48,953 nucleotides of DNA from Octopus bimaculoides (taxonomy: Eukaryota), in contig NC_068997.1 of assembly GCF_001194135.2 (NCBI RefSeq), positions 9,139,334 through 9,188,286 on the forward strand, read 5' to 3'. Shown here one piece after another: positions 26,230 through 38,500 of this stretch. Within the stretch, counting starts at the first letter, position 1; each line of letters begins with the position of its first letter. The notes under the pieces are model-generated. The model made no database searches, had not been told where the DNA came from, and worked only from the letters and a program-made list of their open reading frames with translations. The position numbers and the translations under genes are program-made.

Positions 26230-29200
26230 GTAGGTTGCAATCATTTCCACTAATCAATCAATTCTTTCATTCATTCATATTTCCCATAATGGATAATATT
26301 ATTTAAATTGTCACTGAATTTTATGTTGATTTGCATTTATATCTATTCCGCGGCCTGTTTTTAATTTACATGCATGTATGGTGCGTGTGCATGTATGTAT
26401 ATATATATATATATNNNNNNNNNNNNNNNNNNNNNNNNNNNNNNNNNNNNNNNNNNNNNNNNNNNNNNNNNNNNNNNNNNNNNNNNNNNNNNNNNNNNNN
26501 NNNNNNNNNNNNNNNNNNNNNNNNNNNNNNNNNNNNNNNNNNNNNNNNNNNNNNNNNNNNNNNNNNNNNNNNNNNNNNNNNNNNNNNNNNNNNNNNNNNN
26601 NNNNNNNNNNNNNNNNNNNNNNNNNNNNNNNNNNNNNNNNNNNNNNNNNNNNNNNNNNNNNNNNNNNNNNNNNNNNNNNNNNNNNNNNNNNNNNNNNNNN
26701 NNNNNNNNNNNNNNNNNNNNNNNNNNNNNNNNNNNNNNNNNNNNNNNNNNNNNNNNNNNNNNNNNNNNNNNNNNNNNNNNNNNNNNNNNNNNNNNNNNNN
26801 NNNNNNNNNNNNNNNNNNNNNNNNNNNNNNNNNNNNNNNNNNNNNNNNNNNNNNNNNNNNNNNNNNNNNNNNNNNNNNNNNNNNNNNNNNNNNNNNNNNN
26901 NNNNNNNNNNNNNNNNNNNNNNNNNNNNNNNNNNNNNNNNNNNNNNNNNNNNNNNNNNNNNNNNNNNNNNNNNNNNNNNNNNNNNNNNNNNNNNNNNNNN
27001 NNNNNNNNNNNNNNNNNNNNNNNNNNNNNNNNNNNNNNNNNNNNNNNNNNNNNNNNNNNNNNNNNNNNNNNNNNNNNNNNNNNNNNNNNNNNNNNNNNNN
27101 NNNNNNNNNNNNNNNNNNNNNNNNNNNNNNNNNNNNNNNNNNNNNNNTATATATATATATATATATTCGCATCGTTTAAGTAACACATTTCAACCGCTCC
27201 ATTTGAGTTGGCGTATGGTTTGAAACCAGTTTTTCAAGCGTTTGATTTTAGTGTCCATGTTTGAAGGTGACACGCAGTTATGAATGGAGTCATCATAAAA
27301 TTTACGAGTATGCTGCTCTAAGAATATTCCATGGGCTTGACAGAAGTGGTGGTGGTGGTGGTGGGGGAGATTCCAGCTTTGCTATTACTACTGTTCATCA
27401 ACTAAGCTCAACTATATTACTTAGTGGAAATAATGCAGTTGTCTATAGCTAAGCAGACATTCTTAATGAAGCTATTTTTCATCATTTCGTAATATTTTCC
27501 ACTTTCTATATATACATTTAAAGAAAGCCATCGCTGATCAATAGACGCCGTCAGGTTGTTATTTGAAGTTTATGTTGTGATTTGTTGTTTTGTCCCAGAT
27601 TAGCTCCGACTGAGATTTATGGAAGACATTTCATCAGTAACCGGCTTTTTTCCCCACCCCGGGCCTGGCTAAAACTATATCATCTAATGTATCTTTTTCT
27701 TTTTAGATTGTAGGGTTTACGGTTTAAGGGAAATTCGACTGCTATTTCAAACAACTCGAGGCTTGCTCATTGATTCAGGTGCATGAGGTCAATACTGGCT
27801 GGATAGCACTGGCATTCCAGTCTTGACCGTCACATCGTTTTCCGAAATACGCCGCCCCCACATTTTTTTAAGCAGTAGGAAGTGACTTGAGTGAGATTCG
27901 GCGGTTATTTTTTGCATATCGAACAACCATAGCGGCCCCTTGTTTTGTTTACTCGGATGTTTATTTAATATGTAGACACACGTATAGGCGGCTGTGTTCA
28001 AGACGCTTCCTTCTCAATCATGTGGTCTTGGTTTGGTCTTAACTGTCTTGAGTTTAGTCCCACTACGTGAAACCTTGGGCAAGTGTTTTCTACTTTGGCC
28101 GACCAAAGCCTTGTGAGTTGATTTGGTGGACGGAAACTGAAAGAAGTCCATCAAACAGGTTGAGAGAATTCTTGTCTCTGGTTGGAAAAGAGTCGATGGA
28201 ACATTCGGATTGGATGGTTCGTTCCCTGCGTTCCTTTCCACACGTCATGTTTCTAAGATATTAACATGAATTGCGCACGTCACTGTCATGGTGACATACT
28301 TTTAGGTGGTATCTTTTTTTTGCCTCCTATTTGTTGCAGTCTTTAGACTGCGGCCATGCTGGGGCACTGCTTTGAAGGGTTTAGTCGAGCATATCGACCC
28401 TGCCCTCCGTACTCATTTTCAAGTCTGGTACTTATTCTATCAGTCTCTTTTGCCGAACTGCTGAGTTATGAGGACGTACACAAATCATCATCGGTTGTCC
28501 GTCGGTAGTGGTATGACGGACACACATATACGACAGGCTTCTTTCAGTTTCCGTCTACCAAATCCACCTACAAGGCTTTGGTCAGCCCACTGCTATAGTA
28601 GAAGGCACTTGCCCAAGGTGTTGCCCTGTGGGATTGAACCTAAGATCGCATGGTTGGGAAGCAAGCTTCTTAACCACACAACCACATCTGCACCCATAAG
28701 TACATCCAGATCATAAATAAACATCCAAATAAACCATAGAAAAGTGAATGGCTACTCAGGTTTTATTATTTTATCCAATCCTTTATTGTTTACCTGAATT
28801 AAATGCTTCTTAGAGGGCATTTTCTGATTTCCATGTCTAGTCGAATATTCCTAAGCTTGAAAACTGTTGATAGTACTAGTAAATATTAAGAAAGAAATTC
28901 TATGGTTCGTGGGCCACCTTTCTCGTTTTCTATAGTTTATTTATTCATTGTCATATCAATCATGAAACTACAATGGTTTCTTTTCTAATCTTGAAGTTGT
29001 TAATACAGAGCTATCTCTCTCTACTTAAGGCTACTCTATTTACTCTGTCTTCCCCCCACTATGACTATTGTTACTGCCGAGACAATGACAAGACCTCTAT
29101 TTGACCTGCAAGTCCTCTTAAAATCGCTCCCACATTTTGTCATCTTAAAAAAGAAAGTACACGTTTGATAATGTTGTCCTGGATAAATTGCATAAAATGA

Positions 29201-32200
29201 CAATCCATGCCAGCATGAAAAACAGACGTTAAATGATCAGGATAATATGAATATAACTGGAACATTTTTGTCAAGTGTCTGTCAAGCTAAACAGTTACTG
29301 ATATACCACCTTTGAGCCATATACTAAGCATTTTCTCTCATCCTTTCATCACCGAATCTCTGTCTTTCAAAAGCCACGCTAAACTTATAAAGTCATCACC
29401 ATCTGAAGCACTAAGGATCTAAAGAGGTTATGGGTCCTTCTCCATTTCTTAGACTAACCGCTTGCAAACTAATATGTTAATTTATATCAAAAGCCAATGT
29501 CAAGCTGTTAATCCATGTTTCTTTTATTCTGTGGATCAATAATTACCTTGATCTTTATTGTTGCTCAAACAAATATCTTTCTATTCACTGGACATTCTGA
29601 GATATAGGTTTACATTCAGCTTTTCGTTAAGCTTCATATCAAACCTATTTATGTCTACAAATTCTGAATCATTGAGAGCTGGAAAGAGGCTTGAAGAGTA
29701 TGGATATACTGATCAACAACAAATCTAAGACAGAGATATGGTGACCTCAATAACACTGGTGTCATGAAAAAAAGCAACAAAAGAAAAGCACCCCAAACAC
29801 TGTAATGTGGTTGGGATTAGAAAGGGCACCCAGCCATAGAAACTATACCAAAGTAGACATTGGACCCATTTGATTCTGTCAAACTGTCCGACCCATTGCT
29901 AAGCACAGAACATGGATGTTAAGTGGTGATGATGATGACATTACACATACTACATTATCATCGTCGTTTAACGTCCGCTTTCCATGCTAGCAGGGGTTGG
30001 ACGATTTGACTGAGGACTGGTGAAACCGGATGGCTACACCAGGCTCCAATCTGATTTGGCAGAGTTTCTACGGCTGGATGCCCTTCCTAACGCCAACCAC
30101 TCAGAGAGTGTAGTGGGTGCTTTTACGTATCACCCGCACGAAGGCCAGTCAGGCGGTACTGGCACTACATGTATTTAAAAATTTTTGACTGAATGTGAGG
30201 ATTTATTTAGGTACATGGACAGTTTCAATCAATGAGGGACTACAAAATTGTTGTAGGGGAATTTACACAAATGAAATGAAGTGGCTATAATGGGGGAATT
30301 AAGAACCTTATCTTAGACATTAACTATACAGCCCTTACCTACAGTTATTTGTTAAGTTTAGTTATTTTAATATAGATCAGATTATTCTATGACTTAAGCA
30401 AATCTTCTGTTGTCAAAACAATGTCTTTGCTACTTGTAACATTTGTTAGTCGACTGAGGCACAAGCTGGGAACAGGAGTGTTTCACTATCTCTCACTGTT
30501 TTAGCTTTATTATATATAGCCTAGCTTTCTGAGACCTAATTTCTGTTCTAGCTTCATTATATATCATCTAGCTCACTGTCCTTTCTCTAAAGTTTTGATG
30601 TAACTGTTTTGTTTAATCAGAATTTTAAAGTTTCATTGCTCCTATATATATATAGCAGTGCTCTTATATATAACCCAAATACATCCATGCTTGTATACAG
30701 CCAAATTTGTTGGCTATATTAGAAGTTTGCTTCTAATTAAATTCCCTATCCCTTGTCCTTGTTTTCTGTATTATTTATAAAACAAGATGTTTTAACACCT
30801 CAGTTAAAATAAACATAGAGGGGTAACATCTGTCTTATAAATTTTATAAGAAATGTTCACAAATCAAGCAGTAGTGGGGAACAAAGATACACACACAAAT
30901 ATATGATGGGCTTCTTTCAGTTTCTCTCTGCCAAATCCATCCACAGAGCTTTGGTCGGCCTGGGACTATAGTAGTAGATACTTGCCCAAAGTCCCGCTCA
31001 GTGGGATTGAACCTGGGAACTGTATGGTTGGGAAATAAACTTCTTACCACGCAGCCAAATCTTTTTTCCAGAAAACTGCCTGAAAAAAATTGACCTGGGT
31101 CCTATATGGGAAGTTAGGTTGCCTCTAAGCTATAATGCACTAAAACCCCTTTTTCTGAATCTGCGTCGCACAAATTGGAGTGTGTCTTTTATGCCATCAA
31201 ATACGTTTCGTCATATACCGGACAATTGACCACGTCCAACGCTTAGATTTAAAGGGAAATAACTCAAGAGAGTTCTCTGAATTTTATTAGTCGATACAGT
31301 TTCTAGATTAACCGCAAGAATATTGTCAAACAGATTAATCTCGTGCATGATAATTGGATCATAATAGTTAAAAAATAAAAAAACAAAATTTTCTGCAATT
31401 TGTGGCGGGGAATACAATCGTGTATATTGGCTCGAATACTTCACTGGTTCTCTATTTTATTGACTCCTGGAAGGACGGAAGTTGTCCTTGGTGAGAGTTT
31501 TACTCGGAAATATGAAGGGCCGTAACTAAGTAACACAAATATTTTGTCTCATGCTCTAACGTTTTTTTCAATCCACAGCCATTTGCTAAATAATAATAAT
31601 AACGAGCACTCAGAGAGCGCAAACCTCCGCCAAGGCAACACTAGCGTCCTCTCAACTATTAGCGGGAGATGATTTTTAAAATGAGAATATCTGAAATAAA
31701 CTCCACTGCTCTCACAAACGAGAATACTAAAAATATACCCGGCTGCTCTCAATAATTAAGTATGAAAAAGCCTGGAAAAACAATCCAGAATCCTTGTCCA
31801 GTATCTGATCGATCCCAAAATGTAATCAATTCGTGCCAGTCACGAGGCTAAACATCCCTGAAAGCTTCATCCAAATGCATCCAGCGATTCTTGAGATATT
31901 TTGTCCAATGACAAACAAACAAACACAACTGAAAACAATACCTCCACCTTCGCTAAGGCGGAGGTAATAATCCTTTGTGCTATAGGCACAAGGCCTGAAA
32001 ATTGTGGGGAGGAGTAAGTCGATTACATTGACCCCAGTGCTCAACTGATACTTATTTTATCAACCTTAAAAGGATGAGAGGCAAAATCGACCTCAGCAGA
32101 ATTTGAGCTCAGAACATAAGGGCAGACGAAACGCCGCTAAGCATTTTGTTCAGCGTGCTAACGAGTCTTCCAGCTTGCAAATAATACTAATGATTCTCAT

Positions 32201-35200
32201 CGTTTGTAACATAGGCACAAGACCTGAAATTTTGGTGGGAGAGGGTTAGTCGATTGCATCGATCCTAGCGCTCAACTGGCCCTTATTTTATCGATCTTGA
32301 AGGGACGTAAAGCAAGATCAACTTCAACATTATTTGAACTCAGAATGTAAAGAGCTAGAAGAAATGTTGCTAAGCATTTTGTCATGTGTTCTGATAGTTT
32401 GGTCAGCTTGCTGCCATAAGAATAATAATGGTCTCAGATTTTGATACAAGGTCAGCAATTTCAGGAGAAGGCCGAAGTCGATTACATCAATCCCAGTGTT
32501 CAACAGTTATACATTTTATCGATCCTGAAAGAATGAAAGGCAAAATCGGCTTTGGTGAAATTTGAACTCAGAATGCAAAAACAGATGAAATACCACTTTA
32601 TCCGGCATGCTAATGATGCTGCCATAATAATGAGAAGACGAAATTAAGGATAATCATATGTTGAAATTTTGAAGTTGTTTAAAAGTTATCAGCATGAAAT
32701 ATAAAATATATTTCTAATCCACACAAATCCTATATTTAATGACAGCTTATCTCACAATAATCATGAGCTGGCTCAAGTTAAATGAAAATATGGATAAAAT
32801 AAAATTCAAACTAAATTTATGTATCTATATCATATGTGGATTATACCACATTTTGCAATGTTTGATATATTTTGGAGAATTAATATATGTTGTTAAATTT
32901 AATTTCTTCTGTTTCTGTTGTTAAAATGTACTGTTAGGTTTAATGGTGCTAAATGGTTGTCCTAAAAGGAGGAATAGAAGAAAGTCTGTAACAAGGAACA
33001 GGATTGGAAAATTAGATGGGAAATATATCAAGTACATATGTGCGTAGCTGTGTGGTAAGAAGTTTGCTTCCCAGTCACATGGTGTTGTGTTCAGTCACAC
33101 CACATAGTACCTTGGCCTCAGGTCACCCAAAGCTTTGTGAGTGAATTTGATTAAAGGAAACTGGAAGAGGTCTGATGTATGTATGTGTGTATATATGTGT
33201 GTGTATGTGTGTGTGAGAGTGTTATTGTCTCCTTGCCGTGACTTCAGGTGATAGCTGTAAATGTCGCTAACAAGCAAGTGATGTCCTTTGTTTCCAATCT
33301 TCTGTGAAAACAATATCTGCTCATGGGGAATATTACCTTCCTTGAAAACAAGTTAGCAATAGGAAGGGCATCAGGCTATAACAAATCCGCCTCAAATGAA
33401 TTCCATGCAAGTATGGAAAAGTGAATGGCAAACAATGATTTTATAAATATATGCTAATAAAGAGCTAAGAATTTGGAAACCTTCGGAGTTGTCTCCCTTG
33501 TTTAGCCAGCAAATAGTTGTTGGTCAAACCTTAAGGCTTATACTTGGTCACTATTATTTCTGAAATTGAAAACGAAAGATAAAGTCTTTATAACATAAAT
33601 ATGTGGGCCAGAGTCTCTTGATAATTACCTACTAATTAACACCAGAATACAATATATAGAGGAAAAAAATAGGTAGGAACAAATCAATACTGTGAACTCA
33701 ATGCAAATGATGGTTATAGAAAAAAAAGTACAGTGGATGTTCCCGGCATACTGATTAAGAAGCAGGGCTTCATACATAACGGAAGCACTAGCTTGAGCCC
33801 TTCACTCTTGATGGAGCTATGACTTTTTCTCCAATCTCTTGATTCTGGGCTGTCTTCTCTTCTCCCTGGTCTGGTTGGTTTTTGAATTGACGTTTCTCTA
33901 ACTTTACTTTCTTCTAGATGGTGGGATAGGGGTGTTGGCTCTAACTGAACCCATTTTTACCTCTGGGTAGAGGTGGTCCCTATTAGTCTGGTCTCCATCC
34001 TTTGATGTATCCAACAGGGGAGGCTCCACCAGGGGCTTGCACTCTGCTGCCGTAGCTCCCAAAGTCATACTGCACTGCAACAAGGACTGGACTTTGAGGT
34101 AATTAATTGTTGGAACACTCCTTAGTATCTGAGGCACAGGCGTGGGTGGGTGTGAAGAAGCTTGCTTCCCACCCACATGGTTCTGAGTTCAGTCCCACCA
34201 CATGGCACTTTGGGCAAGTGTCTTCCATTATATACTCTGGCTGACCAAACTCTTGTGAGTGAATTTGCTTGACAACCAGTGTTGGTATGTTTATGACCAC
34301 ATAACTTAGCAGTTTGGCAAAAGTGACCTATGTAATAATTAGCAAGCTTTTTTTTTTAAAATAAGTATTAGAGTAGATCCATTCAACTAAGAATTCTTCA
34401 AGATGGTGCCTCAGCATGACCACAAGTAAAAAAAAAAAATATTATTCCTAATGTGAGATGAAGTTAGATGATGTGAGATATTTATCCTCTTTACTATTAT
34501 AAACAACCACTTATCTCCACTGATTATATCAGTCTGGATTATTTACACTTGTAATATCAATCCAATGTCAGTGGTTTCCAACCTTTTCTATATCCAGGCC
34601 AAATCCAGAACTTGGGCCACACCATAAAAAGTAAAATGCAAATCAGCCAAAGAAAAATTGATTATATTTATGCATGAGTCCCACATGAAGCCCTGGTAGA
34701 CGCGATTAAGAACTGTTCTACATACTTGTTCAACTTACTAATGAGTCCTTCAACTCTTCCTAAATTTAACCCTATTGTCGAAAAAAAAAAGGGACATATT
34801 GAATAATGTTGTCCTTGATACACTGGCTGAAAAGAAGAGACGAGGTTGTCACGGTTAGAACGCCTGTAATCATAGCTCTTTTGGATGAGAGTTCTGGTTT
34901 AGACTAGCCCTGACCCACAATCTATAATGGTAAAAACACAATCAATTTTTACGGCCTATCAAGGGAAATAACTTTCAGGGGTTCAACAATTTTTCCTTTT
35001 CTGTTCCTCGTTTTCATTCACAGGTAAACATGACTCGTGTGGCATGATTTGGGTAAAATAAGTTAAAGGTCAGAGCTATCCATACTCAGTACTACAATCA
35101 TGATTACATTGCTCAGGTTAGTTGATAGGCTGTTTGGTTTCGTTTTGGACAGACCTATTTTGTTAGAAATGGTGCCAAAGTATAATAATCCTTTTTATGT

Positions 35201-35485
35201 AGAAAGTTAGAAGAACTTGACTCCTTGGTTTTCTTATCAATGCTGCCAAAGACCAGTGGTTGTGAGGCAGTGTTTGGTATTATGAGAGCCAGGAGTTAAT
35301 GTTGCTTGAGAACATTATTATAATCACATGGAGTGGCTGTATGGTAAGTAGCTTGCTAACCAACCACATGGTTCCGGGTTCAGTCTCACTGCCTGGCACA
35401 TTGGGCAAGTGTCTTCTACTATAGTCTCTGGCTGGCCAAAGCCTTGTGAGTGAATTAGGTTGATAGAAACTGAAAGAGGCCCATC

Positions 35486-35543
<58 letters not shown>

Positions 35544-38500
35544 AAGTCCATGTTGTGTGTCTGTGTTTGTTCCCCCTCTATCATTTGACAACTGATGTTG
35601 GTGTGTTTGCATCCCAGTAACTTAGCGGTTCAGCAAAAGAGACCGATAGAATAAGTACTAGGCTTAGAAAGAGTAAGTCCGGGGGTCGATTTGTTCAACT
35701 AAAGGCGATGCTCCAGCATGGCTGCAGTCAAATGACTGAAACAGGTAGAAGAATCTGGATTATAAGATTTGATTATACAATGTATTTGAAATTTGTTCAA
35801 TATTTTTTGGGAAGCGTAGTTGGTTGAGTGGAGGAGATGTTAACTAAGGGCTGAAAGATTGGTGGTTGATGGTTCCTGGAGAGGCAGATACTGTATTTTT
35901 TGGTATACAAGTCAACGTAGGCGCGGGAGTGGCTGTGTGGTAAGTAGCTTGCTTACCAACCACATGGTTCTGGGTTCAGTCCCACTGCGTGGCACCTTGG
36001 GCAAGTGTCTTCTACTATAGTCTCTGGCTGACCAAAGCCTTGTGAGTGGATTTGGAAGATGGAAACTGAAAGAAGCCTGTCGTATATATGTATATATATG
36101 TATATGTATGTGTGTGTATATGTTTGTGTGTCTGTGTTTGTCCCCCCCAACATCGCTTGACAACCAATGCTGGTGTGTTTACGTCCCCGTAACTTNNNNN
36201 NNNNNNNNNNNNNNNNNNNNNNNNNNNNNNNNNNNNNNNNNNNNNNNNNNNNNNNNNNNNNNNNNNNNNNNNNNNNNNNNNNNNNNNNNNNNNNNNNNNN
36301 NNNNNNNNNNNNNNNNNNNNNNNNNNNNNNNNNNNNNNNNNNNNNNNNNNNNNNNNNNNNNNNNNNNNNNNNNNNNNNNNNNNNNNNNNNNNNNNNNNNN
36401 NNNNNNNNNNNNNNNNNNNNNNNNNNNNNNNNNNNNNNNNNNNNNNNNNNNNNNNNNNNNNNNNNNNNNNNNNNNNNNNNNNNNNNNNNNNNNNNNNNNN
36501 NNNNNNNNNNNNNNNNNNNNNNNNNNNNNNNNNNNNNNNNNNNNNNNNNNNNNNNNNNNNNNNNNNNNNNNNNNNNNNNNNNNNNNNATGTGGTTTAGCC
36601 ATTCAAACTAACTTACTGTAGATGATGCAATTGGAGTTTAAAGGGTTTCCCTCTTAAGACACAAAGGGTTTTAGAAATCTCTGCTTTATATATTTATCAT
36701 AATCATTTATTTACAGGTTTGTGTTATATAAATTGCATTTTCTAAGTACCTCATTGTTGTGTTTACCTTTTTATTTATTTTTAGTCTGGAGGTACCATTG
36801 TTCCATTAGAAAGCCGAACTGTACGTTTTATTGACAACTTCAGCCAGGGGACTCGTGGATCAGCATCAGCCGAGTATCCTTATTCTGTGTTTTTTTTTTT
36901 TAAACTTTATACTATTCTAATTTATATTTGTTTTTACTATTTTCAAAATGATGTCTTGTTTAGTAACTTTGATAGAATCTAAGACAGAAAAAGGCAAAAA
37001 AAAAAAATGTGTTAGCAAAAGGGAAAGTAGACTAACTGGCCTCAAGCATCAATACTTAAATGAAATCAATGGACTGACTAATTCTACCATATAATAATAA
37101 CATTGAAAAATAGCTTAGGAATGAGAGCTCAGGTTTGAAATTTCCCCAAGACACCTGATGAAGGCTGGAGGGTATATCAGCCGAAACATTGTGTTAACAA
37201 CAAACAAGATGAGGACAAATATCTGTCAGATGTAAATAATGTAATTCTACCATATATCAGTGAAAAGATGCTGATGGAAAATATTGAAAGGAATTTGGAA
37301 TTTAAAATCTAATTTAAATTTCCATACTTAAAGGATTTGGAGGAAAGGACGTGAGAGAAGGGAGACTTAATATACATTATAAACAGAACTTTGACTGATG
37401 CATCTACTATTGAAAAGACAAAAAAAAAATTGTAATTCTCATGCTTTACCCACAGAATAGCAAGAAAGATTAAAAAATACTTTATTGGTTGGAGGTGTCC
37501 ATCAATGGAGGGTCAAATCTATTTACTTTAGCTTGCTCACTTTGCTACCACATGGTTTCAGATTTGATCCCACTGCATGGCACCTCAGGTAAATGTCTTC
37601 TACAAAAGGCATTGATATCCCCAGGCTGATCAATGCTTTGTGAATGAATTTGGTAAGCAGAACCTGCAGGAAGCCTGTCATATGGATGTGTGTGAATATT
37701 TATGTTCCACATGTCACCCACTGCTTAAGCAAAATGATAATGACATTATGGTTTGTCTCTCTGCACTTTCAAAGGTTTCTAGAAAAAAACTTTCTTGCTT
37801 AAAATGGCTAAAGTTTGGTAAAAAGAAGAGCATTTGTTCATTTTTATTTGTTTTTACATGTTTTTTTTTATACTAGCATCTGGCCATAGAATCCTGCCTC
37901 AGATTCTCATCAAATTCTTGTTAGCATAGGAAAAAAACAAATGCTAAGGAAATTAATAAATTCACTAACCATTTAACATTCTTTCCAATATCAGCTTAAA
38001 TTGAAGTTTCAAGGAAACTTTCCCTCATCTGATCTCATCTTGAAAATTTACCATTTTACATTTATTTATTTAAAAAAAGCAAACCCAGTGATTTTACAAA
38101 AGGCAAATGTTATTTTCATTTAATTTGTAAATAGATATTTTCTCAATAGTGGTTATGCAGTGATATTCTTACACAGAAACGGCTCTCTTGAGCCATATTC
38201 TCGCAATTTTTCACGCAAAAATCTACTTGATTTTCTTGAATTCCGTGAAGATGGCCAGACACAGTCACTTGCAGGTAAGTTTAATTAAAAATACTTCATT
38301 ATCACATTAATACTTTACTGTTACTTTTGTTTGTCTTTTCACCCTTTAGCATTCATATTATTCTGTCCAAAGTAATGCCTTTTTATCCACATTGTTTTGA
38401 ATTAATCAGGCATTATCCTGTAGGTTTGAGGGATTTTGATAATGTGATTGTTTATTTTTAGAATGACATGGCAAGGTAGGTTTGAGAGGCTGGATCTGGC

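Noticed and set aside
26311-27223. Long ORFs of 268-291 aa in the supplied track
   Set aside because: They are translations of the N gap and (AT)n tracts
36015-36611. ORFs of 143-195 aa
   Set aside because: They span an N gap and a SINE
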